Below are positions 27,772-40,728 of a DNA stretch of 64,000 nt, piece by piece. The position numbers were made by a program, and so were the translations under genes. Source of the DNA: the human T2T-CHM13v2.0 reference genome, Homo sapiens; the NCBI RefSeq assembly GCF_009914755.1, contig NC_060944.1. The stretch is one strand, 5' to 3'. Under the pieces are notes generated by a model. It worked only from the letters and a program-made list of their open reading frames with translations. It made no database searches and was not told the origin of the DNA. The stretch's first letter is position 1, and the number at the start of each line of letters is the position of its first letter.

Positions 27772-28554
27772 TAATCTAGGTTTTCACTTTTAGCTAAAAA
27801 ACACAGTGCAAGTAAAATATATTTATGCTGAAAAGGTTTTCATCTCTTTTAACTTTACAGCTTTACAAACTATAGCAAATAAAATGCATTTGTACAGATG
27901 CTGACCACACATTCAGAAGGAGCCACCTTTGCTGGGCTCGGCCTCTACCAAGCAGAAATGCGATTACACTCTGAGGTGGGGGTGCAACGATGAATTGTGT
28001 ATTCCTCCAGGATTCTCAGCGGAGTGGAGGGGAAGGGAGGGGAGGGGAGGGCAGGGGGCAGAGAGGAGAGCGGGGTGGGAGGGGAAGGGAAGGAAGATAA
28101 ATAGTCTAAAAAATCAGTTTGCTTTGCCAACTGACTATTACAAAAATAAAATAAACGAAATGAGGTCATCGGCTGTAGACATACACCTACATAGTAAGTT
28201 AGGTAGAACTAAACCAAAATGCACAAATAATGCAGAAACTGCTATGAGTTGACAGAGGGCAGCTAATTATTTGCTAACGATTCCATCAGTCTTTATATAT
28301 GGCTTGTTTGGCAGGAAGGCCACTCAATCAAGATGAGTTAAGATTTAATTGTCCTTTAAGAGTATCCACAGGCCTTTGTGTTCTCTCTGTTACAGAAACG
28401 TGTTTTCTTTCACACTGAAGAGCTGATTTAGAAACAGGAATATAAAACTGTTCCATTGTAAAGAGGTGGCTGTTTTTTAAACAATATCCCATTTGCTCGT
28501 TACAAAAAGGCGTAATCTGCAAATATATAAAAAGTCCCCAGGCGTCCTCCTGTG

Positions 28555-28722
28555 TCACTTAAGGAATGCTTTGTAGAGCAGCAGTGAATGGCTTGTCTCA
28601 CGTTCATTTTCTAAACAAAATATGAGGTCCCTGAGGTTGACCCGCGTGATTCTTTGTCGCGTGAACTGTCTGGGGGTTCCGACACCCGAGCTGCCTGGGA
28701 CCACTGAGCCGGGACCCGACCC
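28555..28722 (-). CDS. TAF4: TAF4 terminal exon, coding part (GSGPGSVVPG...RITRVNLRDLIFCLENERETSHSLLLYKAFLK*)
   Basis: 168 bp including TGA at 28555-28557; CAG acceptor at 28723-28725; conserved C-terminal domain. Confidence 0.97.
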   Translation of the reverse strand, partial: GSGPGSVVPGSSGVGTPRQFTRQRITRVNLRDLIFCLENERETSHSLLLYKAFLK

Positions 28723-29404
28723 CTGGTGATGAAAAAGGAGAAGACAGTGTGTTAGTGGGGCTCAGAGTGGGGCTTGCAATGAGCCTGTGTATCTGAGCCA
28801 AGTACCCCGATTCCAGAGGAGGCCAGGCCTGGCACGGGCTCCTTCCGGTAGGCCCACAGCTGGAGCTGGGGTGCTGTCCAGGGCCCTGCCAGGGCAGGGG
28901 CAAGGGCAGGAGGCCCCATGCTGCACCTTCAGGACAGGGCACACTCAGATGCTGCCCAATGCCCCACAGTGCTTGGACCTGGTCCTGGGGCTGAGGATGG
29001 ACTAGGGGGTGGCACCCACCCAAGGCAAATGGCTGAGCGGCCCCAGGGCCACCCTCCATGTGACCACAGCTGGACTGCCTGTGGACTCAGCTGGGGCACA
29101 AAAGCCACACTAGGTCTGTGTGTGTCATCCCCGCTTGGCTGCTGAATTCCTGCACTGGGAGGCCTGGGGTTGGCTGGGACTGGGCATGCTGGGTCAGCTG
29201 GGAAGGCTGGGTTTCTCAGTGGCTCCCACAGTGATCCCTGAGCCTCTGGCTGGGCCCTGGCTGCACAGACGCCGCCTCCGTCAGCCCCTACAGGTGACCA
29301 GGTGTCTCCCGAGCTGCCTCAGATGTGTTCCTGCTTGGAGAAGCATAGCTGCTGCGTGCCAGCTCCTGTGGAGAGCTCTGGCGGTTTCAGCTGATGACAC
29401 CTGC

Positions 29405-29668
29405 ATGACACCGCCCAGCAGGGCACGCGCCACACACACGACACCGCCCAGCGGGGCACACGCCACACACACGACACCGCCCAGCGGGGCACGCGCCACA
29501 CACACGACACCGCCCAGCGGGGCACGCGCCACACACACGACACCGCCCAGCGGGGCACGAGCCACACACACGACACCGCCCAGCGGGGCGCGCGCCACAC
29601 ACACACAACACCGCCCAGCGGGGCGCGCACCACACACACACGACACCGCCCAGCGGGGCACGTGCCAC
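29405..29668. repeat. 33-bp minisatellite (~8 copies)
   Basis: acacacacgacaccgcccagcggggcacgcgcc. Confidence 0.95.
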
Positions 29669-30407
29669 ACAACTCCCAACAGCTGTCATTTCCCCCAGCT
29701 GGCATGAAAACTAAGTTCTGCTCCGATGGTGAAAGCTGCTCACATATATTTAAGTACAAAGATTACGATGGCATCTTTACAGCACATTCTCAACCAAAGT
29801 TAAGATGCTGGAAGGAGCGGATTCTGCTGTGTGTGCCAGTGGGAGCCTTGCTGTGAACAGCCCTGACATGGCCCCGCCCCTCATGCCGTCCTTCCTCCCC
29901 CCTTCCCCGTTCTGCCACTTTCAGTTCAGGCTGGGAGCATGGCTGCCTTGTGTGATGGCATGCAAGTGTGTCTCTGACCCACTGCATTTTCTTTATTCCT
30001 GTGAGATTCAAACAGATGAGGGCACCTGTCTCCGTTCAGACGCCCTGCGCTGTGAGGGCCCTTCTTCAGACCTGCCCGGGGTCCCTTTGCTACTGAAGCC
30101 TCCGCACTCCACACTAGCTCATTATAAAGTGATCCGCACCTGAGGGCCAGGCCTCCCAAAAGAGAACTCAGGCGAGGTGAGTGACAGTTTGCAGGGTGAG
30201 GGCAGGGCTCTCACAGGCACCACCCAAACAGGCTGTGTGACCCAGTGACACCTGCTATAAATTCCGGACTGTGTTTGATGTTTCTATCTTCAAAATAGTT
30301 CAGCAGCTAAAAAAGAGGACCGGGGTGAAGGAGAGACGCTCATCTCAGGTGCTCAATTTAAAGGCTGCCGAGGGTAAGAAATCAAGATATTCTAACGCAA
30401 GTGTCAG

Positions 30408-31146
30408 CACCAACCAAGGGAGGGCACGAGACCAACCAAGGGAGGGCGCGACACCAACCAAGGGAGGGCGCGAGACCAACCAAGGGAGGGCGCGAGACCA
30501 ACCAAGGGAGGGCGCGAGACCAACCAAGGGAGGGCGCGAGACCAACCAAGGGAGGGCGCGAGACCAACCAAGGGAGGGCGCGAGACCAACCAAGGGAGGG
30601 CGCGAGACCAACCAAGGGAGGGCGCGAGACCAACCAAGGGAGGGCGCGACACCAACCAAGGGAGGGCGCGACACCAACCAAGGGAGGGCGCGACACCAAC
30701 CAAGGGAGGGCGCGACACCAACCAAGGGAGGGCGCGACACCAACCAAGGGAGGGCGCGACACCAACCAAGGGAGGGCGCGACACCAACCAAGGGAGGGCG
30801 CGAGACCAACCAAGGGAGGGCGCGAGACCAACCAAGGGAGGGGGCGAGACCAACCAAGGGAGGGCGCGACACCAACCAAGGGAGGGCGCGACACCAACCA
30901 AGGGAGGGCGCGACACCAACCAAGGGAGGGCGCGAGACCAACCAAGGCCGGGGGCGAGACCAACCAAAGGAGGGGGTGAGACCAACCAAGGCCGGGGGCG
31001 AGACCAACCAAAGGAGGGGGCGAGACCAACCAAGGCCGGGGGCAAGACGAACCAAGGCCGAGGGCGAGACCAACCAAGGCCGGGGGCGAGACCAACCAAG
31101 GCCGGGGGCGAGACCAACCAAGGGAGGGGGCGAGACCAACCAAGGC
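30408..31146. repeat. 22-bp minisatellite (~33 copies)
   Basis: accaaccaagggagggcgcga(g/c). Confidence 0.97.
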
Positions 31147-31801
31147 CAGACGGTGCCTCCTTGGGGCTGAGGCCACCCCCAGGGCCCAGCACGCTGAGAA
31201 ACTGATGCCAGGCCCTGCTTCTGCACCAAGCTCTGAAGGTGCACTATGAATGAACAATATAACTTCTCCAGATTCTGTGAGTTTTATCAATACAAATTTT
31301 TCTTCAAATTTTTCTTAAATCTTAAAAGAAAAACGCAAATCTAACCTACCTGATACTCCAATTGCCTTTCTCTACATGGCACACTCCCGCTTCTCCCCAG
31401 CCCACTTCGCCCCAGGCAGGAGGGGTCCAGACTCCCTGTCTTTCCCATAGGGTCTTTGCTTGCAGAATTCTATGTGGATTTTGGCTCCCGCAGAGAGTTT
31501 GTTGCTAAACTGCTCTGAAGATGGAGTGGAGATCTCGTAGGAACCTCCCCCTCTCTTCTCAGGACTGGGGCTGCCAGCGGACCAAGGCCTTCTGTGCCCA
31601 ACCCACACGGCAGTGGCAGTGGCTTTCCTCCCTAGATTCATCCAAACCCCTCACGGGCTGTGCCCATGGTGGGCGTAGCAGCCAGAGGGGTCAGGCAGGG
31701 ACTGGTCATGGAGCCTGCTTGGAGAAGAGTGCTTAGTGGGGGCTTCCAGCTCCATGGGACTCCTGAGAAAGAAGGGCCTGTGGGGACCAGGGTCAAGGCA
31801 C

Positions 31802-32337
31802 CCATGGCCACTCTAGAGGGACTGCGGCCCGTGCAGGCGCAATGGCCACTCCAGAGGGACTGCGGCCCGTGCAGGCGCCATGGCCACTCCAGAGGGACTG
31901 CGGCCCGTGCAGGCGCCATGGCCACTCCAGAGGGACTGCGGCCCGTGCAGGCGCCATGGCCACTCCAGAGGGACTGCGGCCCATGCAGGCGCGACGGCCT
32001 CTAGAGGGACTGTGGCATGTGCAGGCGCCATGGCCACTCCAGAGGGACTGCGGCCCGTGCAGGCGCCATGGCCACTCCAGAGGGACTGCGGCCCGTGCAG
32101 GCGCGATGGCCACTCCAGAGGGACTGTGGCCCGTGCAGGCGCGGTGGCCACTCCAGAGGTACTGCGGCATGTGCAGGCGCCGTGGCCACTCCAGAGGGAC
32201 TGCGGCATGTGCAGGCGCCGTGGCCACTCCAGAGGGACTGCGGCCCGTGCAGGCGCCGTGGCCACTCCAGAGGGACTGCGGCCCGTGCAGGCGCGACGGC
32301 CACTCCAGAGGGACTGCGGCATGTGCAGGCGCAATGG
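31802..32337. repeat. 38-bp minisatellite (~14 copies)
   Basis: catggccactccagagggactgcggcccgtgcaggcgc. Confidence 0.96.
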
Positions 32338-34159
32338 CGCAAAACAGAGCCTGGGACGACAGACAGCTCCACAAGGGCCGGCACCAACATGGAGCCCTGG
32401 GGGCCTCGGCCTAAACAACTCCAAACACAGGGGCTTGGGGTTTGTTAGGTACAGGTGCTGGGATTAGAAAACAAGCAAGCGAAGCAAAATCCCCGCGGCC
32501 CTGGACATACCACGTGAGCCCTCCCTTTGCAGGTCCCCACCTCTGACGCATGGCGCTGCAGACAGCCCTCGCCCCATCACAGGGCTCTCAAAAGGATCAA
32601 ATGAAAGGAGGAGGTCTCTCCACCGCATATGTGCCATAGACACTCAGTATCGAAGCCAAATGCAGAGTCGCCGTCCGCGGAACCGCCCGGTGCAGGGTCT
32701 GCGCCACCCAAACGTCAGGCCCCACACGGTCAGCACCTGGGGGCTGTCCGGGAGGAGCGCGTCTGCTCCCGGGGCGGGAGCCCCTTGGTCCGTCCTTTAC
32801 TCCGCCACGGAGCCCCAGCCGAGCAATGGGTGGAGAATGCTGTGCCCACAGCCGCCCCGGGCGGCGGGTAACAATAGCCTATGCCGCACACACTCCAGCC
32901 ACCTCCGCCCCGAACGCGTACGTGCCCTCTCCGTGCCTAACCATTTACGGGGTGTCACACACACAAGGCCAGGTCACTGGCAGCACGTTTTGAAGAACAG
33001 CAGTAGTAGCGAAAAACACTCAGACACACAGCTTAGAAAGTTAGCATCACTTCCGGGAGGCCGAAGACAACGTGGCTGCCGAGCTGATGTCTCCCAGCCT
33101 CTCTTCCAAACACAGTTCAGCACAAGCAAGGAACGCAGGTTTACACCAGCATCGCCGTCTGCACTGGACGAGGGCGCCTAGACTTCAAAATCACTGCAAG
33201 TCGGCGCAGAGTCAACACACGCCTGAGCCTGACCCCCCAGTCTCTCCCCTGCAAGGCCGCGGTGGGGCGGGGTGGGACAGGGGTCTGTGGGAAGCCACTG
33301 CTGAAAGGCTAAGCCACCCCAAGTCCCAGGGCCTGAGAGGTGTCCAGGAAGGTCAGTGCAGACCACAGGGCAGGGACCACTGAGCACAAGACGGGAAGGG
33401 GTTGTCAAGGCAACACAGCATGTCCTGAGAGGAGCCCTTTGGCCACTGGGTGGTGAGGCAGAAAAGAAGGAAAGGGGGAAGTTCTGGGTCCTGCAGGAAA
33501 GGGCCGGGAGAACTGGAGGACAACTTCCGTCCTGCACACCAGCAAGGACCCGCTCAAGACCTGGACTTCCCCATGTGGCCAGCAGACGGCACCAGGAAAC
33601 CACAGATGTGGCAAATACCCCAAGGCCACCAGGGCAAAGGGACAGAGGCGGTAAAGCCACCCAGAGCCACGGGAAAGTCAGAGAAGAGTCAAAAAATGGG
33701 GGCTCCACACACATCAGAGAAAAACCTACCCTGGAACAACAAGAAAATTAACAACACTCTCAATACAGGAAAATCTGCTTAAGTGTGCACTTAAGGATAT
33801 GAAAATCATCACCTCAAATCAGAACCTCAAAAACTAGGAGACAAATTTTTATAAAAACCATAAAATTACAAATGCAACACCAAAAGGAAATAAGAGTTGA
33901 CTGGACTTAAGAAAGTAATGGAAGGAAGAGACAAAATTATCTCAGAAATGAATAAACTGCAAACAGTCTGAGGGAGGGGAGGCGGTGAAAATGCAGTAAG
34001 GAACCTACGAAAGGCAGGAAGCCAAGAGGACAGAATCGAGACACAGAAAGGAGGAAAAGGGTCAGGAGAAAACAGGGCAAATGAGAGCTGGGCGAATCTC
34101 CCCCTCAGGCAGAGTGGGACATTCACACCATGACCCAGGAGACGTTCACAAAAGACAGC

Positions 34160-35733
34160 AAACCACACCCCACCCGAGAGGAGACACCAAACCCACACCC
34201 ACCCGAGAGGAGACACCAAACCCACACAACCCACACCCACCGGAGAGGAGACATCAAACCCACACCCACCCGAGAGGAGACACCAAACTCACACCCCACC
34301 CGAGAGGAGACATCAAACCCACACCCCACCCGATAGGAGACACCAAACCCACACAACCCACACCCACCGGAGAGGAGACATCAAACCCACACCCACCCGA
34401 GAGGAGACACCAAACTCACACCCCACCCGAGAGGAGACATCAAACCCACACCCCACCCAAGAGGAGACACCAAACCCACACCCCACCCGATAGGAGACAC
34501 CAAACCCACACAACCCACACCCACCGGAGAGGAGACATCAAACCCACACCCACCCGAGAGGAGACACCAAACTCACACCCCACCCGAGAGGAGACATCAA
34601 ACCCACACCCCACCCAAGAGGAGACACCAAACCCACACCCACCTGAGAGGAGACACCAAACCCACACAACACACACCCACCGGAGAGGAGACATCAAACC
34701 CATACCCACCCTAGAAGAGACACCAAACTCACACCCCACCCGAGAGGAGACACCAAACCCACACCCCACCCGAGAGGAGACACCAAACCCACACCCACCC
34801 CAGAGGAGACACCAAACTCACACCCCACCCGAGAGGAGACACCAAACCCACACCCACCTGAGAGGAAACACCAAACCCACAACCCACCGGAGAGGAGACA
34901 CCAAAACCCACACAACCCACATCCACCCGAGAGGAGACACCCAACCTATACCCCACCAGAGAGGAGACACCAAACCCATACCCCACGAGAGAGGAGACAC
35001 CAAACCCATACCCCACCAGAGACGAGACACCAAAACCCACACAACCGACACCCACCCAAGAGGAGACACCAAACCCACACCCACCTGAGAGGAAACACCA
35101 AACCCACACCCACCTGAGAGGAAACACCAAACCCACACCCACCTGAGAGGAAACACCAAACCCACACCCTACCAGAGAGGAGACACCAAAACCCACATCC
35201 ACCTGAGAGGAGACACCAAACCCACACCCACCTGAGAGGAAACACCAAACCCACACCTACCTGAGAGGAAACACCAAACCCACACCCCACCAGAGAGGAG
35301 ACACCAAAACCCACACCCCATCCGAGGAAACACCAAACCCACACCCACCCTAGAGGAGACACCAAACCCATACCCACCCGGAAGAGACACCAAAACCCAC
35401 ACAACCTACACCCACCCAAGAGGAGACACCAAAACCCACACCCACCCAAGAGGAAACACCAAACCCACACCCCACCCAAGAGGAGACACCAAAACCCACA
35501 CCCACCTGAGAAGAAACACCAAACCCACATCCACCCGAGAGGAGACAACAAACCCACACCCCACCCGAGAGGAGACACCAAACCCACACCCCACCCGAGA
35601 GGAGACACCAAACCCACACCCACCCGAGAGGAGACACCAAACCCACACCCACCCGAGAGGAGACACCAAACCCACACCCCACCTGAGAGGAGACACCAAA
35701 CCCACACCCCACCCGAGAGGAGACACCAAACCC
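34160..35733. repeat. ~29-39-bp minisatellite (~50 copies)
   Basis: cacccgagaggagacaccaaacccacacc(c) with variants. Confidence 0.96.
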
Positions 35734-36376
35734 AATGCACTGCGAGGGCCCAGTGGGCGGCGGGACTCTGAGATGCAACCTCATACACTACGGGCTCTCA
35801 GAGCCGACGGCAGGGCTGCCGGGGAGGAAGAGAAGAGAACCCATGAAGGGGAAGGAATCAGCCTCCATGGCTCCTCCCAGCCTGCACCCCCCTCCCCACC
35901 CGTCCCCCACAAGGCAAGAACAGAAAAGACTTCTGAGCCAGCCAAGCCGCCTCCGGTCAGGGCCCAGAAACAGCCTCAGGAATGGGAGGAAGAGCCTCCT
36001 CTATTGGGCGGGAAACTGCAGGGAAGAGACATCCTCAGGCTCTGAGTGAGGCGGAGGCGGGAGAGGGAGGCTGAGGACCAGAGTGTGCCTCCCCTGTGGA
36101 GGTCCTGTCACCAAAAGGCAGAGGAAGAAGCCACTAGGGCTCACAGACGCCGATGGCCAACAGTGGAGCTGCCAGGCCCGTGCAAACTGCTCGACTGCAG
36201 CGTGAACAGTCCTGTGAGACAGGAGACCAGGGCGTCGTCACTAGTTTAAGTACAAAAGTAACCAGGAAGACACAGATACAAACCTTCCTAAATACAAAAA
36301 AAAAAAAAAAATCAATTAAAAGAGCAAAGAATAAACATCTCACAGAAAAAGAAACACAGCAAATATTTAAAATTCA

Positions 36377-36670
36377 GGCCAGGTACGGCAACTCACACCT
36401 GTAATCTCAATGCTTTGAAAAGGGAGGCCAAGGCAGGAGGATTCCCTGAGGCTGGGAGTTTAAGACCAGCCTGGGCAACATAACGAGACCCCATTCCTAC
36501 AAAATATTTTAAAAATTAGTCAGATGCGGTGCTGTGTGCCTGTAGTCCCAGGCTACTGGGGCGGCTGAGGCAGGAGGATCCTTCTTAAGCCCAGAAAGTC
36601 AAAGTTGCAGTGAGCTATGATCACGCCACCAAACTCCAGCCTGGGTGACAGTGAAACCATGTCTCAAAAG
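36377..36670 (+). mobile_element. AluJ
   Basis: Diverged dimer. Confidence 0.88.
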
Positions 36671-37518
36671 ATAGATAAAAATTTACATAATTATAAAATA
36701 TTATGATAGAGTCAAGACAAAACATGTCAGTCCTATCAATAAAGGTAAATGGGCTTAACTCACCTATTAAAAGAGAAAGATTTTCAATTCAGCTCATAAA
36801 CTGAGACCAAACCATATGCTACAGAGAGACACGGAAAACAAAGTGATTCAGAAGGTGAAAAGTAAGGATCTCAGGGATTGTAGGCTGGGGGACAAGAAAG
36901 ACACCCAGGGTGACGGTCTGACGTGTGACAAAGACAGATACTTTCTAATGCAAAAAGTCACAGCTGCCAATGAAGATATGACACGTGGATATTTATGCAC
37001 CAAACAACACAGCAGCCCCTACCAATAAAAACGCAGGAGATGCGACGAGACAGAAACATGCTAGCAGCAGTCATGGAACAGCATGCCTGCCGCAGAACAG
37101 GTCAAGTGGACAAAACTAAGCCAGCAGCCGGAAGACTGAGCGACCTCATCACTGAGGAGCGGCTCGGGGATGTCCACCCGCTCATCACGTGCCTCAGCCC
37201 TACGCACCCACAGCACACCCACAGACGCTGACTGCACCACCCAGACCAGCAAACACAAGAACTATGACAACACACGTGGGACACGTGTGAGGCTGGGGAA
37301 AGAGCTGCCTCTCTCACACGCAACAGGGGGACTTGGCAAAACCTAACACAAGTGCACACGCACCAACCCCTCAATTCAGCAATCCCATCTCTCGGAACTC
37401 AGCCCCAACAGCAGGCCTCCAACAGCACGAAGACACACGTACAAGGCGACTCTTGATGGCATCACCTGTCACCGTGTCGACAGCCCAGATGTGCACACGA
37501 GAGAGGGTGAAAAGCTAC

Positions 37519-37736
37519 GGGACATCAGCAGGATGAAGTGCCACCCAGCTGGGAAAGAGGAAGCTCCTGATGCAGTGACACGAGGGCAGTGCCCGGGACA
37601 TCAGCACGATGAAGTGCCACCCAGCTGGGAAAGAGGAAGCTCCTGATGCAGTGACACGAGGGCAGTGCCCGGGACATCAGCACCCAGCTGGGAAAGAGGA
37701 AGCTCCTGATGCAGTGACACGAGGGCAGTGCCCGGG
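37519..37736. repeat. 3-copy ~76-bp tandem repeat (third copy internally deleted)
   Basis: cacccagctgggaaagaggaagctcctgatgcagtgacacgagggcagtgcccggga x3. Confidence 0.9.
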
Positions 37737-37854
37737 AACTCTGTCAGCTGCAGAGAGCGAGAGACTGTCACTGACCTGTGCTGCACTGCCAGGGAAGGAA
37801 AAAGATGCAGGAGCTCATCTGTTTGCATGGTGAGTAGAAACGGGATGCAAAAAT

Positions 37855-38390
37855 GGAGGGACGGGGACAGGGCAGGAGGAGGGAAGGTGCAGCAGGACTA
37901 GGGAGGGTGCAGCAGGAGGAGGGCGAGCAAGGTGGGAGGAGGGCAGGGGTGGCGGGGGTGGGAGGGGGCGGAAGGGGGAGGACGGATGTGGTGGGGGGAG
38001 GGAGGGCGCAGCAGGAGGACGGGGCAGGGGGTGGGAGGATGGGTGTGGTATGGGGAGGGAAGGGGTGGCAGGGGAGGGAGGGTGCAGTGGGGGGAGGGTG
38101 TGGTGGGGGAGGGAGGCTGTGGTGGGGGGAAGGAGGAGACGGCAGGGAAAGGAGGGGGTGGTGGGGGGAGGGAGGGGGCAGCGGGGAGAGGGAGGGGTGG
38201 CGGGGGTAGGGAGGGCATGGGGGGGAGGGAGGGTGCAGCAGGGGGATGGAGGGCGTGGGGGGAGGGAGGGGGCGGCGGGGGGGAGGGAGGGCGTGGGGGG
38301 GGAGGGAGGGCGTGGGGGGAGGGAGGGGGCGGCGGGAGGAGGGAGGGCATGGGGGGAGGGAGGGGGCAGCGGGGGGAGGGAGGGTGTGGC
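37855..38390. repeat. G-rich low-complexity tract (G-quadruplex-prone on +)
   Basis: Dense G3+ runs. Confidence 0.88.
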
Positions 38391-39214
38391 AGGACACCAC
38401 TCCAAGGGGCACTTCTTTCTATACGTTTTTGTACAGTTCTGACTCTCCGGACCATGGCAACGCTCCACCTCTCACAAACAAAAAATCAACCAAGATTTGG
38501 AGGAAACCAACAGGAACACAAACAGTAACCACTAAACCCGAGCTGTCCTGCAGGTGAGTGACGGCCACACTGAGGGACTAAACCCGAGCTGTGCTGCAGG
38601 TGAATGACGGCCACACTGAAGGGTGGGCAGGAAGCCAGGCCTGGTTGTGTGTGCCTGCAGTCCCAACTCCTGGTGGGGGCTGAGGCAGGAGGATTGCTGG
38701 AGTCTAGGAGCCTCAGGCCAGCCCAGGACACAGAGCAAGACTCCATCTCTAAAAACAAATAATAAAAATTTAAACATAAAAAGTAAAAATGAAAGGATAA
38801 ACAAGAACAATACTCATCTATGTAAATTTGAAATGTACTATTTTGACCTGTGAGGTTAAATAAAAGGGCCGCACAGAAATGCTACACTCCAGGTAGTTAG
38901 CACGTTTGTTTCTCACACTGCCTGGCAATCCCGAAGGTCCTTTATCTGTATGTTGGAACTGAACACAGAAGTACATCTACTGTGGGGGATGAGAACCAGG
39001 TTCCCATGTAAGGCACGAGGGAAGCTAGAATGAGCCTGTGACGTCAGACTAGATCCTGAGGCCTGAGGAGAAGTGAGAAGGCCGCTGTGTTCAGCACAGG
39101 TGCAGGTGCAGACGAGTGTTTGTGTGTGTGCACATGCCCCAGTCCACCTGGAAGGCCTGGATGCAGGGACACCCCAGGAGCAATGAGCACACCTGCTGCC
39201 CAGAGTATGGTTCT

Positions 39215-39898
39215 AAACACCATCCCCGACCAAAGGAACCACCATCCCCGACCAAAGGAAGCACCATCCCCGACCAAAGGAACCACCATCCCCGACCAAA
39301 GGAAGCACCATCCCCAATCAAAGGAAATACCATCCCCAACCAAAGGAAACACCATCCCCCATCAAAGGAAACACCATCCCCCATCAAAGGAAACACCATC
39401 CCCAATCAAAGGAAACACCATCCCCCATCAAAGGAAACACCATCCCCAACCAAAGGAAACACCATCCCCAATCAAAGGAAACACCATCCCCCATCAAAGG
39501 AAACACCATCCCCCATCAAAGGAAACACCATCCCCCATCAAAGGAAACACCATCCCCAATCAAAGGAAACACCATCCCCAACCAAAGGAAACACCATCCC
39601 CAACCAAAGGAAACACCATCCCCCATCAAAGGAAACACCATCCCCCATCAAAGGAAACACCATCCCCCATCAAAGGAAACACCATCCCCAATCAAAGGAA
39701 ACACCATCCCCAATCAAAGGAAACACCATCCCCAATCAAAGGAAACACCATCCCCAACCAAAGGAAACACCATCCCCAATCAAAGGAAACACCATCCCCA
39801 ATCAAAGGAAACACCATCCCCAATCAAAGGAAACACCATTCCCAACCAAAGGAAACACCATCCCCCATCAAAGGAAACACCATCCCCAGTCAAAGGAA
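39215..39898. repeat. 22-bp minisatellite (~31 copies)
   Basis: aaacaccatcccc(a/c)a(t/c)caaagg. Confidence 0.97.
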
Positions 39899-40728
39899 GC
39901 AATGCCCCTCCAAGAAATCATGGAAAACAGAAGATGTGCTGGAACATTCTGTGGTGTCATAAAGTCACCAAATCCTCTTGTCGTGTCACAAGGACATGGA
40001 ACTAACCTGAAGGAGCTCATGATGGCCAGAGCCGGGCTGCTCAAGCAACAAAATAAATAAACTGTAGCAGCAGCTTGTTACCTACAGAAAAAAATAAATA
40101 TCCATGCTAATATAAGTAAGTAACTGAATGAATTAACAAGTGGGAAAAATAAGGGAGACGGGGCAGCTCTCTTTACAGAATTCCAATTAATAAATGTAAA
40201 CAGAAAGACAGAAATAGAAAGTCAGCATCAGACGCCACAGCAGCCTCCACTGGCAGCGTCCTTGCGAATGCCCACGCAGGGGCCAAAGGCCTGATAAGAA
40301 ATGGTATCAGCAGCCTCCAAGTGTCTCCTTGAGATACCTACTAATTACACAGAGAAAAAGAGTAACTCGACAATGGAGTAACCAGCCAACCCCACCTTAA
40401 CCAAGCTTCAAAGTCAGCAGCAGCAGCAGCAACAGCCAGGCGACACCACCTGCCTCCCAATCCAGTGCTCTGAGGACACGCCAGCCGGCCCGCGGCATTC
40501 TAACTGAGATTCTACAGCCTGGACGTCATCACGAGGAGACACCAGACAAACGCAAACTAAGGAAACGTCCACCAGACAAGGACCAGAGCTCTCCAGCACG
40601 TCAAGGCCATCAAAGACCAGGAAAGACTGAGCAGCTACCACCAAGCAGAGGAGACCAAGGAGCCGAGGAGCCGCGAGGGTCCCGGGGCAGGAAAGGACGT
40701 CGAGGACACTGGTAAGAATCGAATAAGG

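Larger units (their letters stand above)
27180..28554 (-). other. TAF4: TAF4 3'UTR (end approximate)
   Basis: AT-rich, repeat-free stretch after the stop; composition switches back to GC-rich below ~27150; ATTAAA at 27201-27206. Confidence 0.85.

Noticed and set aside
30271-31290. Long ORFs (up to 302 aa) on both strands
   Set aside because: They simply read through a stop-free 22-bp VNTR; no splice or domain evidence
31802-32337. CTCF-site array (ggccactccagagggactgc)
   Set aside because: Only partial resemblance; spacing and the 3' GGCGC/GGCAG part do not match the consensus
34081-35788. 335-aa and 280-aa ORFs
   Set aside because: Minisatellite-derived low-complexity translations
39087-40060. 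291/314-aa ORFs
   Set aside because: 22-bp VNTR translations
40415-40436. (CAG)5 CAA CAG tract
   Set aside because: Too short and intronic; no reason to suspect instability
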